A DNA stretch of 64,000 nucleotides from Ferruginibacter sp. (GCA_965249755.1 CBDFMT010000004.1:3371312-3435311); one strand, 5' to 3'. Counted from the first letter of the stretch, positions 49,601-58,859 are shown. A program made the numbers and translations. Notes: a model not told the origin generated them from the sequence alone.

Positions 49601-49825
49601 GAGCCTGATAAAAAGAAAGAATTCCGTAAAGAAAAAATTGTGATTACCCCTTCGGATATGGAAACCGTTAAGCACCAAATAACCACAGTTTGGACGAAAA
49701 TTAAAGACAAAGATTTTTATACAGGCTGTGGCAAAGCCGATTGCCATTGGTGCAACTTTGTAAAAGACAATAAGCTGGCGGTTGCATTGCATGATTTAGG
49801 ACAGGAAGAAGAACCGGCTAATTAG
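46670..49825 (+). CDS. UvrD/Rep-family ATP-dependent DNA helicase with C-terminal PD-(D/E)xK nuclease domain
   Basis: AGPGTGKT, VDEFQDT, VGDDDQSIY.FQGA, NYRS, HGSKGLEF, RRLFYVALTRA; nuclease GKLDKL...VVDYKSG; Cys at YLDCP and CGKADCHWC. Confidence 0.92.
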   Translation: MQTYQQQLQNKFNEEYKKLNNFQRQAVDAIEGPVMVIAGPGTGKTQILAARIGKILLDTDALPENILCLTYTDAGAIAMRRRLQQFIGPDAYKVNIYTFHAFCNDVIQDNLRLFEKNALDAISELENIQLFKTLIDSFKKDHPLKRYRGDVYYEINNLQHLFSNMKREGWLPAFISEKIDGYIQGLPFRDEFVYKRKYRQFNAGDLKQEKIDEEKERVEKLRAAVNEFDNYQQLMRQKNRYDFDDMINWVIKVFEEHPGVLAGYQEKFRYILVDEFQDTSGTQNKLVQLLINYWSSPNIFVVGDDDQSIYRFQGANVENMLGFAASYVDVLQTVVLTNNYRSTQAILDISKTLIDKNQDRLVKQLEGLSKDLVSSSVALKGILHQPVVTEYNSVADEMASLTTQITGLLQQGIVPGKIGVIYKENKYGEELAGYLRLKKVPVFSKRSLNILEHPFTKKIINLLRYLDAEHDIPYGGDKMLFEILHYDFYTIPPIEIAKLTVEVNKKTYGSEPTSIRKLLYDKANAPAKDLFDTGINENLKNFSGIIEQLIAEVSNVTLQQLFGTIINTAGVLTYIMQSDDKVVLMQLLTKLFDFIKEETARNPFMQLAELIKIINLMEKEGLKLPFTQVSGSDKGVNLLTAHGSKGLEFEHVFFAGTNASSWEKKRKPSGGYKMPDTIFSSLPNNQNEEEELRRLFYVALTRAEKHLHISYAKHKNDGKEMEPSMFLAEILSHHLLPVQKVTVTEEEMMVFQQLQFTAQAPQIEKSEDDFITALLDKFVMNVTALSAYLDCPLGFYYKNLIRIPAGKSETLEFGSAIHFALEKLFTRMQAHPENAFPPKETMVADFSNYLNKHRENFTQEEFNRRMEQGSIVLPEYYEKYVDGWNKIVAIERNIKGVVVNGVPLKGKLDKLEFNGKEINVVDYKSGNVDNALPKLKGPGDKEPNGGDYWRQAVFYKILVDNYEQKGWQVISTEFDFVEPDKKKEFRKEKIVITPSDMETVKHQITTVWTKIKDKDFYTGCGKADCHWCNFVKDNKLAVALHDLGQEEEPAN

Positions 49826-49891
49826 GGCAACTTTATGATTTAGCAGCCTGCCGTAACACTTAAAGGGTTTAAGTTTGTACCTCAACTTTTT

Positions 49892-51289
49892 TTGATGGAC
49901 TTTAAGAATTTTTTGATTACCGCTGCTGCTTTAGTAAGTATTTATTTTGTGGCAGTTACCGGCACAGGCTGTGCACAAATTGGTGCCCCGACAGGCGGCC
50001 CAAGGGATACTATACCACCCGTTTTAATGAGCGCTTATCCAAAGTTGTTTACTACTAATTTTAAAGGCAAATTGATTACCCTCAATTTTGATGAGTACAT
50101 TAACGTAAATGAAATTCAAAAAAATGTGGTGGTATCGCCTTACCCAAAAGTAATGCCGGTGATAGATTTTAAACTTAAAACAGTTACCATAAAATTAAAG
50201 GATACCCTTATAGAAAATACTACTTATGCCATCAATTTTGGCAATGCCATTGTTGATAATAACGAAGGCAACCCTTTTAAAGAATTTACCTATGTATTTT
50301 CCACCGGGCCGGTGGTTGATTCTTTAAAACTAAGCGGTACCGTGTTGCTTGCCGAAACAGGAAAACCTGACAGCACGCTGGAAGTAATGCTGTACCGCAA
50401 TGCCAACGACTCCTCCGTACAGCAAAGAAAGCCGGATTATATTGCGAGGATAAATTCAACCGGGCATTTTATGTTTACCAATCTTTCTGCCGGCGATTAC
50501 AGGGTGTATGCCTTAAAGGATGGGGATGGAAGAAAAACCTATAATTCAAAACTGGAGGCATTTGCTTTTTTGGATAAAGATGTTACAGTGGCAGCAAAAA
50601 CAGATACCGTGTTACTCTTTGCTTATGAAGAAGAAAAGGAAAAGAAAAAAGAGGCAACAACAACAAGAACGGCCGCTGATAAAAAACTAAAATATACCAC
50701 TTCACTGGTAAACAACCCATCGCAGGATTTGCTTTCGCCATTAAAAATAAGTTTCAACAACAAGCTTAAAATATTTGATGCCACAAAAATAATTTTAACG
50801 GATACCAACCTTGTTACCATCGCAGGTACTATTGTTTCACTGGATAGTACCAAAAAAATCATCAGCATACAAAACCAATGGCCGGAAGAAGCCCGTTATA
50901 AATTGATTATTGAAAAAGATGCGGTAAGCGATTCTGCAAATGCGGTGCTGACAAAAACGGATACGCTTAAATTTAAAACAAGAAAACTGAGCGATTATGG
51001 GGCTTTAACATTGAGGTTTACAAAACTTGATTTGGGCAGGCATCCTGTAATTCAATTTTTAGGTAGTGGTGAAGTTGTAAAATCTGTGCCGGTAACGGGT
51101 GCGCTTTGGAGTGAGAAATTATTTTCGCCCGGGGAATATGAACTCAGGATCCTGTATGACAGCAACAACAATGGCATTTGGGACCCCGGCAATTACGCTA
51201 AAAAAATACAACCCGAAAAAGCAGTAACCCTCGATAAAAAACTAACCATTAAAGCCAACTGGGATAATGAGCGTAGTATTGAATTGTAG
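49892..51289 (+). CDS. Conserved Bacteroidota lipoprotein with Ig-like (Big_5) domain
   Basis: Lipobox GTG-C then AQIGAPTGGPRDTIPP; F..YVFSTG; D.NNNG.WDPG motif; TAAGTTTG box at 49870-77. Confidence 0.78.
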   Translation: MMDFKNFLITAAALVSIYFVAVTGTGCAQIGAPTGGPRDTIPPVLMSAYPKLFTTNFKGKLITLNFDEYINVNEIQKNVVVSPYPKVMPVIDFKLKTVTIKLKDTLIENTTYAINFGNAIVDNNEGNPFKEFTYVFSTGPVVDSLKLSGTVLLAETGKPDSTLEVMLYRNANDSSVQQRKPDYIARINSTGHFMFTNLSAGDYRVYALKDGDGRKTYNSKLEAFAFLDKDVTVAAKTDTVLLFAYEEEKEKKKEATTTRTAADKKLKYTTSLVNNPSQDLLSPLKISFNNKLKIFDATKIILTDTNLVTIAGTIVSLDSTKKIISIQNQWPEEARYKLIIEKDAVSDSANAVLTKTDTLKFKTRKLSDYGALTLRFTKLDLGRHPVIQFLGSGEVVKSVPVTGALWSEKLFSPGEYELRILYDSNNNGIWDPGNYAKKIQPEKAVTLDKKLTIKANWDNERSIEL

Positions 51290-51316
51290 GGTAAGCCATT
51301 TATTTTTTAAATGTAT

Positions 51317-51585
51317 TTATTGCTGCAGCAAGAGAAGGCCTGATACAAAGCCGGGCAAAAGGCTTTCACCAGAAAGTTTGTTATTAAAGCCATCAACAAT
51401 TTCTACACTGTTATCTGCCCGGTAAATAATAACCTGTTATGTACAGGATCGATAAGCCACGCTAACAGGGTAACGTTTTCAATCCAACGCAACATTTCAT
51501 TTTTTAATTGTTTTAAGTTATCGGCCTGGCTTTTCAGTTCTACAACAAATTCAGGATATACCGGGGCAAATTTATTTTTATCTTT
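51317..51585 (-). pseudogene. C-terminal remnant of a Uma2-family endonuclease
   Basis: Not in ORF track. KFAPVYPEFVVELKSQADNLKQLKNEMLRWIENV..LAWLIDP, frameshift, QVIIYRADNSVEIV...LSGESLLPGF. The 5' half is missing. Confidence 0.72.
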
Positions 51586-51589
51586 TATT

Positions 51590-54481
51590 CTATTTGCTAA
51601 GGTGCATGCTCCTTTCCTTGTAGAGCTGCCGGAAGTAAGGGTCCCGTAAATCTTTTATAAACCGGATGGCTTCTCCGGTACTCTTCATTTCTGGCCCAAG
51701 CTCTTTGCTTACACCCGGAAATTTATTGAAAGAAAAAACAGGCTCCTTAATGGCAAAACCCTGTAGCTTTTTTTCAAAAGTAAAGTCCTTTAAAGTATTT
51801 ACGCCAAGCATAATTTTAGTGGCAATGTTAAGGTAGGGTATCTGGTAGGCTTTGGCAATAAACGGAGTAGTGCGGCTTGCCCTTGGGTTGGCCTCAATAA
51901 CAAACACATTACCATCTTTAATGGCAAACTGAATATTGATAAGCCCTTTAATGCTGAGCTTTCTGGCAATCTTTTCTGCATAATGCTCCATGGTTGTAAC
52001 CACAAGCGGCGAAAGGTTGAACTGTGGCAACACCGCATTGCTATCGCCGCTATGGATGCCTGCAGGTTCAATATGTTCCATAACACCCATAATGTGAAAA
52101 TCTTCCCCATCAAAAATGGCATCAATCTCGGCTTCCTGGCAACGGTCTAAAAAATGATCAATTAAAATCTTGTTGCCGGGTAAATGTTTTATCAAACTCA
52201 AAATGCCCTTTTCTAAATCTTCATCATTTAAAACAATCCGCATACGCTGCCCGCCAATAACGTAGCTTGGGCGTATCAGCACCGGGTAACCAACTTGTTT
52301 GGCAACTTCAATTGCTTCGTCTGTATTGTAAGCCGTTCCATAATTAGGGTACGGTATACCTAGCTCTTTAAGTGTATCACTAAACCTTCCACGGTCCTCG
52401 GCAACATCCATACTGTCGAAAGAAGTACCAATTATTTTAATGCCTTTTTCATGCAGTTTTTTGGCCAGCTTTAATGCAGTTTGTCCACCGAGTTGTACAA
52501 TTACACCATAAGGCTTTTCATGCTCAATAATTTCCCAAAGGTGTTCCCAAAAAACGGGTTCAAAATAAAGCTTGTCTGCAATATCAAAATCGGTAGAAAC
52601 TGTTTCCGGATTGCAGTTAACCATAATGGCTTCAAACCCGGCTTCTTTTACAGCCAGCAATCCATGCACACAGCAATAATCAAACTCAATGCCCTGGCCA
52701 ATTCTGTTAGGGCCGCTGCCTAACACAATTACAGACCCGGCCCCCCTGCCCCCCATGGAGGGATTTTTTGACCCTTCGGATTTTGTAGAAACGATTGATT
52801 CGTTAGAGATCAGTCCTGCCCCCCCGGGGGAGTTAGAGAGGGTTTCAAACGTACTATAAAAATATGGGGTCTTCGCCTCAAACTCGGCACTGCAGGTATC
52901 TACCATTTTAAATACCCGGGTAAGGCCCATGGCTTTTCTTCTTTCGTATAACGCACCGGCATCTTCTTCTTTCATTATCCTTACAATCTGCTCATCGCTA
53001 AAACCTAAAAACTTGGCCTCCCTTAACAGTTCATCCGGCAGGGTTTTAAGGTCGTACTGCATAATCTGTTTTTCACAATCACAAATCTTTTGTATCTGGT
53101 AAATAAACCAGCGGTCAATTTTAGTACTTTCGCAAATACGCTTTACACTGGCGCCAGCCATCAGTGCATCTTTAATGCGAAACACCCTGTCCCACTTTGG
53201 TATTTTAATGTATTCCAGCAGTTCATCCGCATGCATCAGGCTTTTGCCATAATAGCCCAACCCAACAGATTCGTTTTCTAAACTCTGACAAGCCTTTTGT
53301 ATCGCCTCTGCAAAGCTCCTGCCGATGCCCATCACTTCGCCCACGCTCTTCATCTGAAAGCCAAGCGTATCATTGGCACCTTTAAATTTATCAAAATTCC
53401 AGCGGGGAATTTTTACAATTACATAATCCAGCGCAGGCTCAAAATAGGCAGAGGTCGATTGCGTTATCTGGTTCTTTAATTCATCCAGGTTATAACCGAT
53501 GGCGAGTTTTGCAGCAATTTTTGCAATAGGGTAACCGGTAGCTTTACTGGCCAGGGCAGATGAGCGGCTAACCCTTGGGTTTATTTCCACAACAATCAGC
53601 TCTTCTGTTTGGGGGTTTAAGGCAAACTGCACATTACAGCCGCCGGCAAAATTGCCCAGGGCCCTCATCATACTTATGGCAGTGTTGCGCATTAACTGGT
53701 AAGCAGTGTCGCTTAACGTCATGGCCGGTGCAACGGTAATACTGTCGCCGGTATGCACGCCCATCGGGTCAAAGTTTTCAACAGTACATATAATTACAAC
53801 ATTATCGTTGTTGTCCCTTAGTAATTCCAGCTCAAATTCCTTCCACCCAAGCACTGCTTTTTCAACAAGTACCTCATGTATAGGCGAGGCTGTTAAACCG
53901 TTATTTAAAGCTTCATCCAGTTCTTCTTTTTTAAAAACAATGCTACCGCCGCTGCCGCCCAAAGTAAACGAGGGGCGTATCACCAGCGGAAACCCAATTT
54001 CCTGCGCAAACTCTTTTCCTTCTAAAAAGGAGTTGGCAGTTTTTGCCGCACACACCGGTATGTTCATCTGTATCATCCATTGGCGAAATTTTTCCCGGTC
54101 TTCTGCTTTGTCAATAGCCTTAATATCCACACCAATAAGCCGCACATTAAATTTTTCCCAAATACCCAATTCATCTGCTTCCTTACAAAGGTTAAGCGCC
54201 GTTTGGCCACCCATGGTTGGCAGCACGGCATCAATGGTATTTTCTTCCAGTATCTGCTCAATACTCTCTACCGTTAATGGTAAAAGGTATACCCTGTCGG
54301 CCATCATCGGGTCCGTCATAATAGTGGCAGGGTTACTGTTGATCAGTACAACCTTAACACCTTCTTCCCGTAAACTTCTGGCGGCCTGGGTGCCGGAATA
54401 ATCAAATTCGCAGGCTTGCCCTATAACAATTGGGCCGCTGCCGATAATAAGGACTGTGTGGATGGACTGGTCTATTGGCAT
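51590..54481 (-). CDS. carB: Carbamoyl-phosphate synthase large subunit
   Basis: Start MPIDQSIHTVLIIGSGPIVIGQACEFDYSG at 54481; two ATP-grasp halves (GSGPNRIGQGIEFDYCCVH; NPRVSRS/NPRASRT); lacks the MGS tail, as is usual in Bacteroidota. Confidence 0.97.
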   Translation of the reverse strand: MPIDQSIHTVLIIGSGPIVIGQACEFDYSGTQAARSLREEGVKVVLINSNPATIMTDPMMADRVYLLPLTVESIEQILEENTIDAVLPTMGGQTALNLCKEADELGIWEKFNVRLIGVDIKAIDKAEDREKFRQWMIQMNIPVCAAKTANSFLEGKEFAQEIGFPLVIRPSFTLGGSGGSIVFKKEELDEALNNGLTASPIHEVLVEKAVLGWKEFELELLRDNNDNVVIICTVENFDPMGVHTGDSITVAPAMTLSDTAYQLMRNTAISMMRALGNFAGGCNVQFALNPQTEELIVVEINPRVSRSSALASKATGYPIAKIAAKLAIGYNLDELKNQITQSTSAYFEPALDYVIVKIPRWNFDKFKGANDTLGFQMKSVGEVMGIGRSFAEAIQKACQSLENESVGLGYYGKSLMHADELLEYIKIPKWDRVFRIKDALMAGASVKRICESTKIDRWFIYQIQKICDCEKQIMQYDLKTLPDELLREAKFLGFSDEQIVRIMKEEDAGALYERRKAMGLTRVFKMVDTCSAEFEAKTPYFYSTFETLSNSPGGAGLISNESIVSTKSEGSKNPSMGGRGAGSVIVLGSGPNRIGQGIEFDYCCVHGLLAVKEAGFEAIMVNCNPETVSTDFDIADKLYFEPVFWEHLWEIIEHEKPYGVIVQLGGQTALKLAKKLHEKGIKIIGTSFDSMDVAEDRGRFSDTLKELGIPYPNYGTAYNTDEAIEVAKQVGYPVLIRPSYVIGGQRMRIVLNDEDLEKGILSLIKHLPGNKILIDHFLDRCQEAEIDAIFDGEDFHIMGVMEHIEPAGIHSGDSNAVLPQFNLSPLVVTTMEHYAEKIARKLSIKGLINIQFAIKDGNVFVIEANPRASRTTPFIAKAYQIPYLNIATKIMLGVNTLKDFTFEKKLQGFAIKEPVFSFNKFPGVSKELGPEMKSTGEAIRFIKDLRDPYFRQLYKERSMHLSK
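52733..52842. repeat. Two G/C-run palindromic elements inserted in frame in carB
   Basis: CCCGGCCCCCCTGCCCCCCATGGAGGGATT and CCTGCCCCCCCGGGGGAGTTAGAGAGGG encode NPSMGGRGAG and LSNSPGGAG around the native NESIVS linker. Confidence 0.6.
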
Positions 54482-54509
54482 AGTATGTTTGCCGTAATTT
54501 GAAGGCGTG

Positions 54510-54517
54510 CAAAAGTA
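54510..54517 (-). promoter_or_regulatory. TAnnTTTG -7 promoter box for carB
   Basis: CAAAAGTA = TACTTTTG on the minus strand, 29 nt upstream of the ATG. Confidence 0.6.
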
Positions 54518-55121
54518 AGCTGTTGAGGGCAAAAAATGAAATGAGAAAAACCATTAAATGTTGCTTCCATAAAAGCAGGCAGCAATTTAAAATGATTATG
54601 ATACCAGCTAATATTTTCATAGCATCATCGTTGTGTCACAATCCGTTCAACGGCAGTGCTGCTATCGGGCTTTTATTACAGTAATTAAAAGTGTTTTTAA
54701 ATTATGGCCGGTAAGCGCAACACGACCGGCTAAAAGTTGCCATTTGTTGACAAAAATTTAAAAGGCAGTGCCCTGGTAGAAGCTGCGTCTGGCGTACATA
54801 ACAAGGGGGAGTATGTTAGCATTTTTAAAATAATTATCTAAACGAGTGTGATGTTTAATTATCTTTTTATTCTCTTATTACATGTGATGGCCAAATCTTA
54901 ATGTATAAATATTATCATTGTCAATTGTAACGATTGTATTAGCATTCCACATTTTAAAAATACCTGCCATGCAAAACAACCCCACGTTTTTATTTATTGT
55001 TAAATTAAAGGTTAGTCACCATCCAACAAGTATGCAAACAGCAGCATCAAAATAACCTTACATCCAATGCTTTTTTTACTACCTTAAATCATTGTTTACT
55101 TTTTTTTAAAACACTGCCATT

Positions 55122-55642
55122 ATAAAACGATTTAACCTTCTTGCGTTGCCCTTGCTCCTCATTTCATTTTCTTCCTGTAAAAAATACTGGGTGTGCCTGA
55201 TTGCGAACAACCCTTGACTATAACTAATTCATCTATACAGGTAATTTTTAAAGATGCTGCAACTAACAAATATTTGTATGACCAAAGTCTTCCACTTTAT
55301 AGTAAAGACAGCATCAGCATTTATGATCCACAAGGAACCTTACTATTCTTATTCAAAGGACTAAGTAATGATGTCGAAGTTCCAACTATCAGGTTTTGGG
55401 CAATAGATTTCGGTAGTCTATTTGATCCCAAAACTGATAGTGTTTCATTTAGCCGTGAGATATGCAAAGATTTTATTGTGCAATATTCTTATAATGAACG
55501 GGACACTATAAAAACCTGCTTTAGAAGTAAGGATGAAAAATGCGGATCAGTGTTTTCCACTTTAAAAATATATCATGAAGGACACCTATTGGCATCTGCC
55601 ACTAACACAATTAATGCAACAGTAAAAATTATTAAAAATTAG
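55122..55642 (+). pseudogene. Degraded paralog of the 55847 lipoprotein
   Basis: GCCATT-ATA-AAACGATTTAAC versus GCCATT-ATG-AAACGCTTTAAC in copy 2; A6 versus A7 run after the lipobox Cys (frameshift); remainder homologous (PDCE.P...SSI.VIFKD..TN.YLY...PLY.KDSI). Confidence 0.78.
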
Positions 55643-55647
55643 CAACA

Positions 55648-55797
55648 ATGAAAATCCTTATCTATATTTTTTTTAGCGTGATATTTAGTTTAAATATAAA
55701 AGCTCAAACTAATACACTTTTATGTGATGCAAAGGCTGATACGAATTATCTAAAAGCCCTTCCATGGTATACAAATACTTTTTTGCACGTTAAGTAA
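55648..55797 (+). pseudogene. 49-aa stub of a T9SS protease paralog
   Basis: MKILIYIFFSVIFSLNIKAQTNTLLCDAKADTNYLKALPWY matches the N-terminus of 56374 (IKAQTDTLLCDANADTNYLKTVPWY), then truncates. Confidence 0.8.
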
Positions 55798-55846
55798 AAT
55801 TATGCCTACATTAAATTATCGGTTACATTATTAAAACACTGCCATT

Positions 55847-56368
55847 ATGAAACGCTTTAACCTACTTGCATTGCCTTTGATCCTCATTTCATTTTTTTCC
55901 TGTAAAAAAATACTGGGTGTGCCTGATTGCGAATTACCAATAGATATAAGATATAATTCTTCAATCGGGGTAATTTTTAAGGATAAGGGTACAAATAGAT
56001 ATTTATACGCCGATTTTAATCCTTTATACAATAAGGATAGCATTCAAATAAGTAGTACACAAAATGACCCACTTATATTAATAAAAGGGCTTGTAAATGA
56101 TACAACTACAAACGAGAGTTTTTGGGGAATAAATTTTGGAAATATATACGATTATAGAACAGATAGCAGTTCATTCATTACCCAGGTATGTAAAAATTTT
56201 ATAGTGCGTTATTCTTATAATAAGACTGATACTATACGTGTTTGTTTCAAAAGTAAGTTTATAAAATGTGGGTCTACTTTTGAAACGATTAGTGTATATC
56301 ACGCCAATAAGCTCATAACAACACAAACTAATACTTCGGCTGTTAATATAACTATTTTCAAAAACTAG
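55847..56368 (+). CDS. Lipoprotein of unknown function, 5 nt upstream of the protease gene
   Basis: MKRFNLLALPLILISFFS-C lipobox; four further Cys, conserved with the upstream pseudogene copy. Confidence 0.78.
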   Translation: MKRFNLLALPLILISFFSCKKILGVPDCELPIDIRYNSSIGVIFKDKGTNRYLYADFNPLYNKDSIQISSTQNDPLILIKGLVNDTTTNESFWGINFGNIYDYRTDSSSFITQVCKNFIVRYSYNKTDTIRVCFKSKFIKCGSTFETISVYHANKLITTQTNTSAVNITIFKN

Positions 56369-56373
56369 CAATC

Positions 56374-58692
56374 ATGAAATATTTAACTCTTTTAAGCATC
56401 TTTTTATTCACTTATTGTATGTCTATAAAAGCTCAAACTGATACACTTTTATGTGATGCAAATGCTGATACAAACTATCTAAAGACCGTTCCTTGGTACG
56501 GGAACAATAGCTATCTTCAGAATTTTCTAGACAGTATTGGTTACCCTTCTGCCACAAACCGCATTGTGGGCAATGATAGGGTTAAATACAGGATACCCAT
56601 TAAGTTTTGGATTTATAGGAGTAGCGGAAGTACCACTGGTGGCCCCAATTTAGCGCAGCTACAAAGCTATATTGATAACCTTAACAGATTGTATAATGTA
56701 GACAATAACACGTTAATTGGCTTTTACATGAGATGCAATGTGAGTTATGTAAATGCAATATCTCAAGGCCCTGTGAATTTTAGTTTTTTAGAAGCATCCT
56801 TAGCAGCGCAAAGCAATAAGGAAAAGGGCTGTATAAATATACACATTGTAGATAACTTGCCGGGCAATACTATTGGAGTACAACTTAGAGCTAGATTTTT
56901 TGGCTTAGATGGAATTTTTTTAAGTAGAGTAACTTATCAAGGTTTGCCTGTGTCTTCTTATGTTTCTTCTATTTCTCATGAAGTTGGTCATTACTTACAA
57001 CTTGATCATACTCACAGTTTTAATACTTCTCCAATATGGTGGCGAGAACCCATCAGCAGAACAAGGACCTGGTCAAACGGTAAAAAAGTATGTCAAACAA
57101 CGGGTGATTTGTTAGAAGACACCCCTGCTGATCCTGAGCTGAGTACTAATTTTTCCTGTTCCTACATAAATGTTGGCAAAACAGATTTGTGGGGTGATAG
57201 TTACGGAGTGCCGCCTTCTGGATCCAGTTCGCCAGACCCTACCAATATTTTAAGTTATAACGGATTGCGTACCTGTTGTAATCATTTTTCGAGACAGCAA
57301 ATAGCCGTAATGCTATATTCAATTGAACGTGGTAAAAGTAAGGGCAATAAAACAGGCTGGAAGGATATAAGGGGCGAGTACGATGAATATGAAACAGATA
57401 ACGACATAAATACGGCAAGGCTTATACAATATGGAGAGGTGCAGGAAAGGAATTTTAATCAGCAATATACAAGTGAGGATATAGCAGGTAATGCAATCTG
57501 GACAAATTGTGATATAGACTGGATAAAATATACTGCCCCATGTTCAGGCCCTTTTTTTATCGAAACATCAGCAATGCCGGGCAGGGTAAATGCTGATACA
57601 AAGGTTACCTTGTTTAATGCAACCGGCACCACGCAATTGGCGCAAAATGATAATATTTCCGGCACCAGTTTATTTTCAAAATTATCCTACAATTTCGTTT
57701 CAGGCACTACTTATTTAATACGGGTGGAGAATATGAACCCTACTGTTACTGGATATTATTCCATATTAGTAGGCAGCGTATTTTCAATTGCAGGCCCGGC
57801 AAGTTTTTGTAACAGCGCAAACTATGTTGTTCAACAGTCTTTGCCAGCCAACAGTACAGTAGCCTGGTCTGTTAACCCTGGCAATTTAATTGGTGTTAGC
57901 GGACAGCCCGGGGCACCACAAACCACAGCATTTAGGTTGATGAATTCTACTGCGGGTACAGCCATATTAAAAGCAATCATCACCCCTGGGGCATGTGGCC
58001 CAAACCCGGCTACTGCTTTGTTACCTATCGCTATAATAAACCCATCTATTGAAGGGTACTACAGTGTTGCCCCAAGCAGTGGGCCTACAGTTAATTATCC
58101 CCTCACCACGGGAGGATCAATGGGCTTTGCCACTAACACCCGTTTAGGTTTCTTCCTCATCCTAACCACACCTAACCTAACAAATGTAACCTGGTCAGTT
58201 TCGGGCAGTTATTTGTCTTATACAAGCACAGCAAATTCATTAAACCTCAATATGATTAGCCCTGGCAACCTTAATGGGGTAAACACTGCCACTGTTTCTT
58301 TATTAAGTGCAACAGGGCCTTGCGGGTTTGTAACCTCTAATTATAATTTCCAAGCTGTTTCTACAAGCCAGGCTTTAATGTACACCGTAAAAGCGTCGCC
58401 AAACCCTGCAAAGGGTACTGTTAATCTTACCATCACAAAAGTGTTGGATACTACAGCTACAACAAATGATGCAACAAGTAGAACATCATCCGCTAGTAGC
58501 AAACAGACAGGTTATACAAGTATTGGCCTTTATGATATAAATACCAATGGTATGGTCAAACAATGGAATTATCAGGAAGCAGAAGTGGCAAGTAATTACA
58601 AATTGGATATCATTGCAGTAAAAGCGGGGTACTATATTCTTAAAATAGAAAGGGATGGCAATACAACGTCAACAAAACTATTTGTACAGTAA
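56374..58692 (+). CDS. T9SS-secreted M43/pappalysin-like zinc metalloprotease with PPC domain and T9SS CTD
   Basis: Signal peptide; HEVGHYLQLDH; GDLLEDTPADP; NILSY at the Met-turn position; PPC (DIDWIKY...DTKVTLF...QND); CTD ASPNPAKG...GYYILKI.....TKLFVQ. Confidence 0.85.
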   Translation: MKYLTLLSIFLFTYCMSIKAQTDTLLCDANADTNYLKTVPWYGNNSYLQNFLDSIGYPSATNRIVGNDRVKYRIPIKFWIYRSSGSTTGGPNLAQLQSYIDNLNRLYNVDNNTLIGFYMRCNVSYVNAISQGPVNFSFLEASLAAQSNKEKGCINIHIVDNLPGNTIGVQLRARFFGLDGIFLSRVTYQGLPVSSYVSSISHEVGHYLQLDHTHSFNTSPIWWREPISRTRTWSNGKKVCQTTGDLLEDTPADPELSTNFSCSYINVGKTDLWGDSYGVPPSGSSSPDPTNILSYNGLRTCCNHFSRQQIAVMLYSIERGKSKGNKTGWKDIRGEYDEYETDNDINTARLIQYGEVQERNFNQQYTSEDIAGNAIWTNCDIDWIKYTAPCSGPFFIETSAMPGRVNADTKVTLFNATGTTQLAQNDNISGTSLFSKLSYNFVSGTTYLIRVENMNPTVTGYYSILVGSVFSIAGPASFCNSANYVVQQSLPANSTVAWSVNPGNLIGVSGQPGAPQTTAFRLMNSTAGTAILKAIITPGACGPNPATALLPIAIINPSIEGYYSVAPSSGPTVNYPLTTGGSMGFATNTRLGFFLILTTPNLTNVTWSVSGSYLSYTSTANSLNLNMISPGNLNGVNTATVSLLSATGPCGFVTSNYNFQAVSTSQALMYTVKASPNPAKGTVNLTITKVLDTTATTNDATSRTSSASSKQTGYTSIGLYDINTNGMVKQWNYQEAEVASNYKLDIIAVKAGYYILKIERDGNTTSTKLFVQ

Positions 58693-58703
58693 ACGATGAT
58701 ATT

Positions 58704-58744
58704 AAGAAGTTGCCTGAACCAGAATTAAAAGGGCAACTTCTTTT
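58704..58744 (+). terminator. Intrinsic terminator after the protease gene
   Basis: 11-bp stem AAGAAGTTGCC/GGCAACTTCTT followed by T residues. Confidence 0.75.
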
Positions 58745-58859
58745 GTCTATTTCCCCGAAACCGTTGTGTAAAGCCTTTACCTGAGTAAATTTCAAAATTG
58801 CGGATGGCAGTAGTTTGGGTCATAGGCCATCGGAGCAAACCACTTTCTAAATAAAGTAA

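Noticed and set aside
54560-54800. GCCGGT/ACCGGC hairpin and short ORFs upstream of carB as a pyrimidine attenuator or decayed gene
   Set aside because: A promoter box sits closer to carB (54510-17), no PyrR-type site is evident, and I could not assign the reading fragments to any family.
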